Below are positions 47,278 to 59,283 of a stretch of 64,000 nt of DNA, in pieces. Made by a program: the position numbers and the translations under genes. The stretch is from Podarcis erhardii (taxonomy: Eukaryota): assembly GCA_964252035.1 (NCBI GenBank), contig OZ176204.1; one strand, given 5' to 3'. The stretch's first letter is position 1, and the number at the start of each line of letters is the position of its first letter. The notes beneath the pieces were generated by a model, which was not told the origin of the DNA, searched no databases, and saw only the letters and a program-made list of their open reading frames with translations.

Positions 47278-50176
47278 TATTTAACTAGGGAACAGGAAAG
47301 GTCTGGTTTTGCCATATTCAGAAGATACAGTGAAGATCTGGCTATGAAAGCAATCATCTAATGATTAGCTTCCATGGAAACACATCATGTAAATATCCCA
47401 GGCTGTTATTTGTTAAGTGCCAGAATCTGGCCAGGTTTTGTCCTAAAGCCACCCACACTGATAGCTCTATTCACATAAATGTGATCGTAAAACCCATTAC
47501 AATATAATATCACCTATTGAAGCACCCTTAGTAGAAATGACTGAGGGATTGCTTCAACGTGCCTCATTTAGAATACCTGCTACACTAAATATGCTGGATC
47601 ACTCTCCTTTTGCACTCTGGAATAATTTATACAGCCAGTAGAATCCAATCTTTTTTGGACAGTACTGCTTCAGGAGAGGCTATTAAATGTACCCCCACAT
47701 CAAAACCTTGTTGGTAGAAAACTTACTTGCTGGGGAGAAAGTTGAGCTTAATTTCACTCAGTGAGATGCACACACAGTGGCAGCAATGGATGTGGCACAC
47801 TCCTTGGAGGCCAGATCCGCTGCTTCTTCGGCAGCCTCCCTCCCAATGCCGTCTCTACAGCAGGCTCCCTGCAGATCGGAGGCCCTGCTGGTCTCCTCCC
47901 AACCCAGGGAGGAAAAGGCAGGGAATGCCCTCTGGGGTCTCCTGGGCTCTGCACCCACGCAGGAGGGTTCAGATCTGGCCCCTGATGACCTTTGATTCCT
48001 CACCATGTTCTCGATGTTGAGCTTCATTCCCCCCTTGTTTCCCATCTTCACTCACCCTTTCTTCCATGGCAGGGGCAGGGAGCATACTACGGTTCACCTC
48101 AGGTGCTAACATGTATTGAGCCATCCCTGATGGGAGAGCTGAGAGTGGGGCAGTCCAGAAAAGAAGCCTGCCTTCTTGATCTGCTGATTCTATAAACTAG
48201 TTCTCTGAGTTGCCTTTAGGCAAGACAATTCTACATGTCTGAGGGCTTGTCCACAAACCCACTTCTCCCATGCTTTCGTGGCCTGCGTCTGAGTGGTTTT
48301 GCCTTTGCCTTGCCACTTTCCCCCAGAAAATTTGCTTTTTGCACCAAACTGGAATGAACGGCAATCAGTAGGAAACCCAGCTGCCGTTTGTGTCAATTCA
48401 GTGCTAAACCACGGGTTTTCCTTGGAGAAAGTGGTGGGGAAAACAGAAGTGTGCATGAGTCCCGAGTCTTAGGTTGTGTACACACCATTTACTCTGGCTC
48501 CAGTGCGCTCCCACCATGGGCACTTGATCCTTTATACACATGGTATGAGCTACAATTCATATCTATTCTGCAGTTTCTTGATAAATAATGCTGTTTGATG
48601 TGTTTTTCCTCAAACCAGCTTCCATCCAGTTAGAAAACGCAAGTCGCAGTTAAGCTCCATTTGAGACAGCTGTTGCCTGTGTGCATGCACAGATGACATC
48701 TTCATGACAGTTTGGAGGAGGGGTTGCAAGCGTGGAGGAACCAAGCAGGTGATGTGCCCCTTTCTTTTTCTTTCTTTTTTATGATGTGCCCCTTTCTGGT
48801 GTGTACAGCAACATGCAAATGTGACTTCAAACGCAGCACGGAAAAGCGACCTTGCTGTATTTAAAGCAGCTAATGCGTACATAGCCTCAACCATTTCTGT
48901 TGCTGCTTTTGTTTGGCGCTATGGTGCATTCCAGTGGCCAATATGGTTAGCAGCAATGTGCTGCCTCTTGGAGAGGCTTAAAACAGCATAGCGGATTGAA
49001 GATTGATGGGTAGAAACAGGCAGGTTGTGACAGTGTTGGTTCATCTGTCAAAGTAAGCAAAGAGGAATCACATATTCAAAAGAGAACATTTGCCATGGCC
49101 TTAAAGGACAGTTTGTCTGTGGCGGGAAGGTAAGTTGGAGAGACCCAGAATGGCAGTTTTCAGGCCAATGAAACTGATTAGCAAGAAGATGCAGGACAGG
49201 AAAAAAAAGCACATATTCATGAAATGCATATTTAACTTTCGAAATTTGTATCCACAGCTTGTGTTGTTGACAATAACCTAGATTACTTGAAAAAGAATTA
49301 GTCAGATTAATGGAGTGATAGAACCTCTATGTTTAAGTGCAGTGTACCTCTGAATATCAGGTGATGGAGACAAACAGCATTCCTATTACACTCACTTCTG
49401 GGAAGCCCACAAGCAAAGAAGGTGGGGTTCCCAGAAGCAAGTGTGCATCTGAGTGTGCAAAGTATTTTTTTAAAAAGGCCAAAACAGTCACTTTTGAACC
49501 TCCCCCCCCCCATTTTTATGATTTTTATTTTAAAATATATGTTACCCTTTTCTAGTACAAAATATAACCGATTAATACATTAACGTGATTAGCATCAGGA
49601 TGGAAGAGGCAAAGTCAATTTTTGTGTGTGATGATGCTATGATTTAAGTGATCCCTGTAAGACCATGAAGTCTACCTAGTTGCACCACTGAGGGAGGGAC
49701 CATCTTGGTTTTCACATTCATTTAGGGCAGGGTGTAAAAAACCCTCAGCCCTTCAAGTAGAATAGTAGAATTGGAAGGGACCATGAGGGTCCCCCAGCAA
49801 TGCTGAATCCCATCACCCTTAGACATTGACTGTGCTTGTAGTTGTAGTTGTAGTTCAGCAACTTCTGAAGGGCCAAAGATTCCCCACATCTGGTTTAGGG
49901 AAAAGCCTTCTCCCATCTGGGTCTCCCTCCCTGTCTCCTTCTCTGACGTGTGTCTCAATTCTGATGCTCTTATGCTCCACATCCTAATTAAACCATACTT
50001 CACACACTTAGACACGTTCTATTATTTGATGCCTCCCATTTGTGCAATTAAATCAACCTCCCCCAACCTTGTGCCCTCCAGATGTTGTTGGACTACAACT
50101 CCCATAAGCCCAGACAGCATGACTAATTGGCAGGAATGATGGGAGTTGTTGGAGGGGTTTGTGCTGCTTTGGATTA

Positions 50177-50512
50177 CAGTGGTGCCCCGCAAGACAAACG
50201 CCTTGCAAGACGGAAAACCCGCTAGACGAAAGGGTTTTCCGTTTTGGAGGCACTTCGCAAAACGAATTTCCCTATGGGCTTGCTTCGCAAGATGAAAATG
50301 TCTTGCAAGATCCTGCGGTTTTTTTCCCCTTCCCCCCCTTTTTCTAAGCCGCTAAGCTGCTTATCAGCTGATCCGCTAGGCCGCTAAAAGCCCCTAAGCC
50401 GCTAATAGCGCTAATCCGCTAAGCCGTCAATGGGCTTGCTTCGCAAGACGAAAAAACTGCTAGACAAAGAGAATCGCGGAATGGATTCTTTTCGTCTTGC
50501 GAGGCACCACTG
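50177..50512 (+). mobile_element. Tigger/pogo-like MITE, family 2 (copy B)
   Basis: Same TIR and body as 22296-22616, TA TSD. Confidence 0.9.
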
Positions 50513-50943
50513 TATTTGCTTCAGTTTCAAGGCACGATTTCCGCTACCTGCTTCCTCAACATTCTTGGACCCCAGCCTTGAGATGGCAACTCATATTTGT
50601 TAGGAAGGCACTCTGCTTTGCTGTCATCCTGCCTTACTCTGCACACTGCTAGGCAGTCACACAGCATGTATTGGAAATTTGCTTATTCTCATTACCTAAG
50701 AGGTATAAGGACTCTGGATGTACTGTACTGTATCAAATGCCTTATTCTGCACTTGACTCTTTGCCATATGTAGACCCCACAGGGGCTGGCCTCTTGTTTA
50801 GTTGTTCAGCAGCCCTGAGAACAAAAAGCAGCCTCAGCTGGTAAATTAGTTAATCATCATTTACATTAGTAAAGGTTAGGATCCCCACACCCAGGTCTGC
50901 ACACTGAACCCCTTTTGCACCCAGCCCATTTGCATGAGATGTA

Positions 50944-51279
50944 CAGTGGTGCCTCGCAAGACGAAATTAATCCGTTCCGTGAGGCTCTTCGTATAGCGGT
51001 TTTTTTGTCTTGCGAAGCAAGCCCATTGACAGCTTAGCGGATTAGTGCTATTAGCGGCTTTTAGCGATCAGCTGTTAAACGGCTTATCAGCGGATCAGCT
51101 GATAAGCGGCTTAGGGGCTTAGGAAAAGGGGGAAAAACCCGCAGGAACTCGCAAGACATTTCGTCTTGCGAAGCAAGCCCATAGGGAAATTCGTTTTGCG
51201 AAGCGCCTCCAAAACGGAAAACCCTTTCGTCTAGCGGGCTTTCCGTCTTGCGAGGCGTTCGTCTTGCGGGGCACCACTG
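50944..51279 (-). mobile_element. Tigger/pogo-like MITE, family 2 (copy C, inverted)
   Basis: Reverse complement of copy B body, TA TSD. Confidence 0.9.
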
Positions 51280-53766
51280 TACCAGAACCTAGTCTTCCTA
51301 TTCTCCTTTGTATATGGTACCTTCCCCTTGCCTGAAATGTGTGTCCTCAGTGAGCTTCCTGAATGCACCTACTTTTTCTCCTCCTTTTTAAAAGAGCATG
51401 CAACTTCCATGATAGGTCACCCCTCTCCTCATGAAACAGAGTCTCTTCTCCAGGAGACCATGCCACTCAGTCTTGCAGTCCTCTCCTAGGACAGACGGCT
51501 CCATCCTCAGCTTGTTCCCACCTCCTCTGCCCCTTGCCTCCTCCCCATGTTTGTTGTTTTATTTTGCTTTAGGTAGGACCCAAAGGCAACACAAAACCTT
51601 GTGCTCTCCCTTGAAGACATTTTCCTGTGTTTGCACCAAATTGTTTGCCCAAAGGCTTGCTTACCTTCCCAGAGCACTCTGGGCTCCTGTTTTTTGTTTT
51701 GAAAAATGTTTCCATTGATGTCACACTAACATGCATGTTTGTGTATAACATGTGACTGGGGATAAATATAACACATTCCACCCCAATATACTGATAATGA
51801 CATCCAGTACCTTTGGGCATTAGCATTTATTCCTGGCTGCTGCAGCTGAAAAGCTCTGGCAGAAAAGTTCCCCTTCCCCAACTCATAGAATCATAGAGTT
51901 GGAAGAGACCACAAGGGCCATCGAGTCCAACCCCCTGCCAACTCCCATTTCAAATACTAAACCTGAGGCAAGAAGGAGCCTCACAAAACACTCATTTGTG
52001 ATGACATCTGCTTCACCTGCCTTCTGAGAGCATCTTTGAATATATGGACGTAGGGAGCCAAGGAAGGGGGCTGGTTCATTCCTGGTCTTTCCCAATACAA
52101 ATGTTGGCAGCTTCTGCATTCCCAGGACTATTCTGTTCTCCAGGTAAGAGTGGACATGTAATCAGGTTCTGTAATTAAGTTGTTGCCTTCTAGCAGCAAA
52201 TGTTTCCCACTTACGAAGCACATGTGCTGAGGTGCAGCTTGAACATAGCCTACGAAATCCTAGAGAGACAAGAACGTTAAGTAAACAATGTCTCTTGTTT
52301 CTTTGAACCAGACAACACTGCATCTTTTCCTTACAAATGAAAATTGCAGGAAACTTTATATTTCACTCTGATGAAAATTAAGACAGGACTGCAGATAGAC
52401 AAACCAAATAGTTGTTTAATGAGAGGGGGTGTGCAGATCTGACCTCTTGAGACTTCTCAGGGTCCATCTTCACTCCTCTCGTATAAACCTGGTCTACTTT
52501 ATTACTCTAGCAGTCAGTGGCTTTCCATGGTGTTGGACAGAGGCTTCTTGCAGCTTTGCTAGTTGAGATCCTATCTAGTTGAGATGTTGGGGCTTGAACC
52601 TGGAACAGTCTGCACACAAAGGATGCAATCTAGTATTCAGTTCACTTTAAAATTATTCCACAAAGGTCTGTAAAGTTATGCTACATTAATTTGTGTATAG
52701 AATTTCCTCTGTGTATCATTTTAAGACATATCTGGAGCTCAGTTCCTAATGTGGAGGGGGGTTGGGTGAAAGGCGGAAAGTCTGGTGAAGAGAATAAAGT
52801 CGGGGTAGTACTTGAAGGTTTATCCCACAGAACTGTGAGGGTGTATTATGTTTTCAGTGCAATTCAAATGGCATTCTTGTTATTGGTTAAATGAAGCCGA
52901 GTTAGGTCCTCAGCCATCAGTGTGGAACCTGTGGCCCTTCAGATGATACTGGACTCCAGTTTCCATCAGCATGGCTAATGGTCAGGAATGATGAGAGTTG
53001 TGGTTCAACATCTAGAGGGCTACAGGTTCCCAGCCGCTTACCTAGACAATAAGTTGTAACCTGGTGCATTCAGTACACACAAATTATGAAAGTACGGGAG
53101 TTCTCAATCACTTTGCAAAACCCTGTTTTCTAAGGATGTGTGTACACTGGCTCAATTATTAAAGGGAGGAAGAGTGCAGGCTGCATGGGATTTACATATA
53201 TCCAGCATTCAAATTGTGGAATAGCGGAGCAGAAAATGGGGTGAAGGAAAAAAGGAATCTCTCTCTCTCTATACTTATGAGCGTGATTCAGAGGAAGAAA
53301 TGGGAAGAATAGCTTCAGGAGATGAGCTCTATCATGCCTCTCGCTTTGCTCTCGCCTTGCTAGTGTGGAAGGGCCAAAGATCCTCAAGATACTTGTTTGG
53401 ACTTCTTGAGGAACACTGTGAGAAAAGGAAGCACACTCAGCAGAGCTCATGGCAACTTCATACAATTGCAGGTATGGCTACCCATCACTCCCACTAATGG
53501 GGGACCAAAGAGAGTTTTCCTGAAGCCCAGTTTCCCAACACACAGTACATACAAATCAGGAATGGGATGATGGGTTTCTATATATAGATTGGTAGTGAGG
53601 ACTTAACTTAGCTTCCGTTAGCACAAGTGAAATGCAGTTTCTGGCACAGCTTCATGAGACGCATCTGGCTATTATTTCAAGAATTAAGCTTTAAAAAATT
53701 ATTGGTTTTGTAAGAAAAAACACACAGGAAGCGGTCTCTCAACAGTGCTATTCATACAGCATGCTA

Positions 53767-53772
53767 TTTATT
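53767..53772 (-). terminator. PRR5: Candidate PRR5 polyadenylation signal (3' UTR ~1.7 kb)
   Basis: AATAAA on minus strand followed ~40 nt later by GU/U-rich TGTGTGTTTTTTTC. Confidence 0.5.
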
Positions 53773-55468
53773 TAAATTTTGTTTAGAACTTTCACTCACT
53801 GATTGGTAAAGGGAGTGCTGATGTAGTGAGAAAAACAACCAAAATGGTCATGATAAATCATAAGATTTTACTATTATCTGGCACAATCTTTATAAAATTA
53901 AAACAAACTTTGCTGACTTCTGAATCCTAAATAAATGTTATTCTTCAAAGAACCTAGCTTTTGCTTTTATGGAAGTGTTTGTAAGTAACCCCAAAAGTAC
54001 GTGTGGCAGGCGGTGGCAGTAGCTGTAGCCATCCAAAAGGATTTAATAGCAGGGGTGGGAAATGTGTACTTAACAACAGTGTTTGATGAAGGAGACAAAG
54101 ACAGCAAGAAGTCTAAGGGCATAGTCACATGGTGCATTCTCAGGTTTGTGTTGCAGGCCGGTTCACACATGCATGCTCAGGATGACCGCAACATTAGATG
54201 ATGACTTCAGAACTATGAATGGGCCTTCACAAATCAAGAACCACAGATACCTCCTCACTTTACTTCAGATTTAATGGCCTCAATCCAATTAAAATGAACG
54301 AGGCTTAAGTTAATTGTCACTAATTTGGCACAGGTTTCCAAAGGGTTTTCAGCTAGGCACTATGAGGTGTGAGTAATCCAGCAATAAGCCAAGTGGTGCA
54401 CATGAGCCCACAAACCCGCCCCTGGTTTCCTTTTCCAGGGCATCAGATTCACGGTGTTTGGTCCACACTGCTTTGCTGCTTGTTTGCGCCACAGACGGGG
54501 TAGCCGTTGAAGATGCGTCCCTTCTCCCCTTTGCAATGCTGGCATGGAATTCTCCCACACCTCAAATACCCTGTTTCTTCTGAAACTTCTTCCTACAGCT
54601 TTATGTTAAAGCATAAAATTGGAAAACGTGGAGATTCTCATGCACTCAAATCCTCCAGCCCAATTCATACGCTTCCCGTTTGTTGCAAGGACCACTTCCA
54701 TCTACTTAGACCCCAAACCACATTGATAACCTCCATCAATAGGAATCACATAGGCTAGAGGAATGACATTACTTTCCAAACCAGTAATCGCACCTGCAAC
54801 CTTTTACTTTTTACTGATGCTGTCGCTGCACTGTGAAACACAACCATGCGGAAGGAGCTTTGATGGCAGGGAGGCAATGTACACACGCCAGGCCTAAGTG
54901 GTGGAAGAATGGGAAGGGGGCAAGATTCCTTTAAGGAAAGTGTGCCACAAGTCCAGTCCAGAGAATGAGAGAATACCAGTTTTGTGTGCACTATAGCACA
55001 TGAACACAGCTACCCAGCCCACTATTCCACCAGGTCCTTCACTGTGGGTTTTCCTCTGGTCTCTTGATCCAGGGCAGCAGCAGTATAACAGGGCAGAGGC
55101 AGACTGGAGACCCCAGGTTCGTGCTCCCTTGCCTGCCCCCCATGTAGCACCTTTGCCCCAGGCTGGCCGCTGATGGAATGGTGTTGCTTTCACGGGTTTG
55201 GCCGGCAGCTGGTGCAACCTGCCCAAACTCCACTGAAGTCTGTGGAATAGACAGAGACACTTTCCCACAACTGAGGTTCAGTGGTATTGCCATTATCTAA
55301 ACCACGATGATCCATCCCCCCCCCACGTGTCCCTCCTATGTCATTCTGGTCTGAGGGGCATTCTCTTTATCTGAATTTCTAGCTGCTCAAGGATTTCATA
55401 TGACCCCCTCGCACCCTTCAGTTATCCCATGTTCCTAAGCACAAACTAGGATTATTATCAAGAGTGCT

Positions 55469-56022
55469 TCAGACAAGGCTCTGCCTGCTCACATCCACAT
55501 TGTACCCTGATGAACTTGAGCAGCTCTGACTGAAATCAATGAAAATCCCATCAGAATCTGACTCAATAGACTCCAAAATTTGGTCCACTATATTTTCAGG
55601 GCTGGCTGTAGGGGCTATGGCAATCAAGTCTGAGTCCCTGGCCAGCTCAAATGCTCTCTTTTGGTCATCTCTTGGGTAAAAGAGTCCCTTCTGTTGCTCA
55701 GGTGCATTGAGGTTGCTGGGGCACTGCGCTGAGCTGGCAGAAAGCCTCTCTGACTCTCCTGATTGCGAATTCTTCATGGTGATCATGGAGGTCTTGGAAC
55801 CATTGTCTGTGATGGTTGTGAGGTTGGAGTAGCCCTGCATCTCTGTGCAGGAAGTCATTTCGGAAACAGAGTGCCTTCGGATGCCAGTGCCATTGGGGGC
55901 CACGCCCTCCGTTTCGTACTCGGCTACTGGAGTCAGCAAAGGATTGTTGTAACTTTTGGATCTCACCACAGGGTTCTTGGTAAGGATGTCCCCCGATTTG
56001 GATCGCCGGAAGAAACGTTTTT
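55469..56022 (-). CDS. PRR5: PRR5 last coding exon
   Basis: gttaacag|AA; EKRFFRRSKSGDILTKNPVVRSKSYN…RRHSVSEMTSC…SPENIVDQILESIESDSDGIFIDF…RQSLV*, matching the human PRR5 C-terminus. Confidence 0.96.
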
Positions 56023-57888
56023 CTGTTAACAAACATGAAGACCAGTTAAAACCTGTACACAGCCCTACACTTTTCTTGTGAGCATCGTTCCCATCACTGC
56101 TACTACCACCATGAGAGGCCTGTGATCAAGTATTTGGACAGTTGCTTCAAATCAATATGTAAACATCAGGTTTAGCCTCACCTCTGTCATGTGCACCTCT
56201 TCTCCCCCCCCCCATTTCCCCCTACATATTTGGACTCATCCCTTTTCTTCCTCACTCTTCAAACCCATTCTTTCCTAAACTTGCCTGGCCAGGTTCAGAC
56301 ACTTGGCTGTATGTGCTTGACGAGTTGCCATTTCAGGTCTCTGCTTCCTCCCCTTCTTGGCCTCAGAATCTTCCGCTTCCCTCTCTAGGGCATGTGCAGC
56401 AGCAGCAGCAACAAAAACCTTTCTGCCCCCCCCCCCCCCCGCCCCGGCATTATGGCAGATCAGCCTGGAGACTCTCAGCCTGGAGACGGCCACAACATCT
56501 CACAGTGCCTTACAGTATGGATTATTTGGACACAGAGATCCCAAATTGGATGGGGGGACTGCGTGTTGAGATTCCTGCATTGAGGGGGGTTGGATTATTT
56601 GACCCCAGGGGTTCCCTCCAACTTTACAATTCCATGACTCCAGGCCTTCTCAGACTAAGGTCAAGTGATCTCTCAATCAGTTTCAGAGAATTTTCTATTA
56701 TTATTAATTTCCTCTGGGGGGGGGGGAAGTATATTCAGTCCTGTTCTTCCTTGAAGAGCTTAGGTGAGTGAGATGACAGTGGTCACAACTTTCAGGCAGC
56801 TGAGGCTGTTCAGCTGAGTGCTGTTTCATCAAAATAGCCACAAGGAGGCAGCGGCTTAAAGCCGTCACATGCAAAGGAGCAAATGCCAGCTCCATCTCTT
56901 GCAGGTGAAATTATTTTCAAAAAGGGTATAGCGTGACCAGCATCTTTTCCATAACCAGAACCTGCCTTTAAATAGAAGAACTGACATAGAAGCCCTTTTC
57001 TTTTTAAGCGTCTTTTACTTCTTTCTGCATCCTGTCTAGCTAGGATGTTTGTAGGATTATTTCTGTAAATTACTTTGGAATCTGTCTTAACAAATGATGG
57101 CAAATAAGAAAAAAGCTGATGATGTTGTAGATTCACCTTTCTGACTCTTTTTCTATGTATCCCTAATATTTACCTGACAATCAGTGGCAGAAAAGGGGAA
57201 AAGGAAATGCAGCAGCGCTACTGGTTTGCCATGTCAGAGATCACAGCCCCCAACTGGGGGGGTAAAATTATTATGGAAACTTTGTCCAACAGACAGCTTC
57301 CCAAACTTGCCCCAGTCTGAGAGCAGCGGAAGTGTCTTGTGGAAAAGAAGGTTCATTTCCTCTCAGGCTTCTCTCTGGTAGTCAACCGCATAGACAGAAC
57401 AGTCCATTGCTCTTCATAGGCTGGAAGCGCTCTGCATGTCTGAACCACGGAGGCACCGTAGTGCCATTCTCACATCCTTCTACCAGTGTCAGAAAATATC
57501 TGAGGCTCTTTTCCAGCACCCACTGAATGTTAGCCCTAGTTTGGCATGAAGTTCTCTAGCCTAACCTACTCTACCAACTTGAAGTTGGGAAACCTCTGGC
57601 TTGGTCCTGGGCCAAGTTCATGGAGTGAGATTTTACGATGCATATTTTGCTTACCTCAGACAACCTCTGCCGTCTTCCAGCAAAGAAATTGCATTGGCAC
57701 AAAGGCCCTGCCCCTAGTTTATCATCCAAGCGAAATCTCTTAGGTAAGCTGGTTATGGAGGACATTTTACACAGATGCCTAACTTTGGTATAGTTGTGCA
57801 GTCCCAGCCAGAAAATGATACCATGTTTTGTGGACAAAAAAGCACTTCAACAGACATATTGTGTTTTAGAAGACAGTGTGAACGTTAC

Positions 57889-58027
57889 CTAAAATGCAGG
57901 ATGAGTGTGGGATAGGCCCATCGCTGGAATACAAGCCATAGGTGCCCAAGTAAGGAGAAACAACCTTCTGCAACAGGGCTTCCAGTTTCAAATAGTCTTC
58001 AGTCACCCCTTTTGATTCATGAACACC
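57889..58027 (-). CDS. PRR5: PRR5 penultimate coding exon (phase 0 - phase 1)
   Basis: tttctcag|GGT…TTAG|gtaacg, 139 nt; GVHESKGVTEDYLKLEALLQKVVSPYLGTYGLYSSDGPIPHSSCIL. Confidence 0.96.
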
Positions 58028-58373
58028 CTGAGAAACACATGGAGGGGGGAAACACAAACGTCAACATTTCAGACTTAAGCTATCAATCATTGCAAAGTGA
58101 GGCTGGTGTACTTAATTGCTGTCAGGGACATGCACTGTTTAATTACTGCTTGTGTGTCACATTCTGCAGGATTTGAATGAGAAACCTTGTGGATTCTGTT
58201 CTGGTTCCTTGTGATCCTCGGATGAAGGGCGGGATAGAAATTGAATGAATGAATGAATGCTGGTGCGGGAAATGAATGGAGGGAGGAATTGCAAACAGTT
58301 CCAGCCTGGTCTGTGGATTGCAGTGAGCCAATCCCTTGTTTCTGCTTGATCTAAATCTGCACTCCCTAGTCTT

Positions 58374-58526
58374 GACACAATAGCTCACTCAGTAGAGCAC
58401 GAGACTCTTAATCTCAGCAATGTGGGTTTGAGCCCCATGTTGGGCAAAAAGATTCCTGCACTGCAGGGGGTTGGACTAGATGACCCTCGTGGTCCCTTCC
58501 TACTCTACAACCCTGTGATTCCATGA
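58374..58526 (+). mobile_element. SINE with tRNA-Lys(CUU)-like head and CR1-derived tail
   Basis: TAGCTCACTCAGTAGAGCACGAGACTCTTAATCTCAG…GAGCCCCATGTTGGGC followed by GATTCCTGCACTGCAGGGGGTTGGACTAGATGACCC. Confidence 0.85.
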
Positions 58527-59140
58527 CATTCGTAGCCAAGATAGTGCAGTGGCACTGAGGTCCTGGATAAGGGCATGAGAGACCCGGGTCTGAATCCCCA
58601 CTAAGCCACAATGCTCATGGGGTGATTTTGGAGCAGTCATTTCTCTCAGCCTACTTTACCTCCTAAGGCTGTGCAAGGGTAAAAAGGGGGAAGGTTTGTA
58701 CCATGTCTGCCCCCCAGAGCTCCTTGGAAGGAACACATGTTCACAAACTCACTCACACAAGAGGCCCCCATTTGAAGATAAGCCCATGTTCCAGCCCAAT
58801 AGTCTCACTGTGTAGGAGACAACCCTATATTCCAGACACTTCCCACATTTTGTACAGAACGCAATGCCCCATCATGGTTCTCAGGATGTTGCACTATTGC
58901 CATGGACCACTAGGTGTCAGTGCAACGCAAGAGTTTGGGTTTGTGCTAATTCGGATAAAGTTATAACCATAGAAATCCCCCCTCCCAGTTATTAGCTAGA
59001 GCAAAGTTTTTTTACTTGTGGCAACCATATTAAGGATGACAATTTTACATTTTCAGGGATGCCCTGAAACACTTCTAGTAAACTAAACAATTACTTTGTC
59101 TTATTCCTTTTTGTGAAGATCAGTAGTAAAGTGAGATAAT

Positions 59141-59283
59141 CCTAGAATTGCAGAGTTGGAAGGGACCCTGAGGATCATCTAGTCCAACCCCCTGCAATGC
59201 AAGAATATGCAGCTGTCTCAAACGGGGATCAAACCTGCAACCTTGGGGTTATCAGCAGCACACTCTAACCAGCTGAGCTATCC
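59141..59283 (-). mobile_element. SINE with tRNA-Ile-like head and CR1-derived tail
   Basis: Minus strand TAGCTCAGCTGGTTAGAGTGTGCTGCTGATAACCCCAAGGTTGCAGGTTTGATCCCCGT then GCATTGCAGGGGGTTGGACTAGATGATCC. Confidence 0.8.

Noticed and set aside
58374-58445. tRNA-Lys(CUU) gene
   Set aside because: Degenerate stems and direct fusion to a CR1 tail identify it as a SINE head
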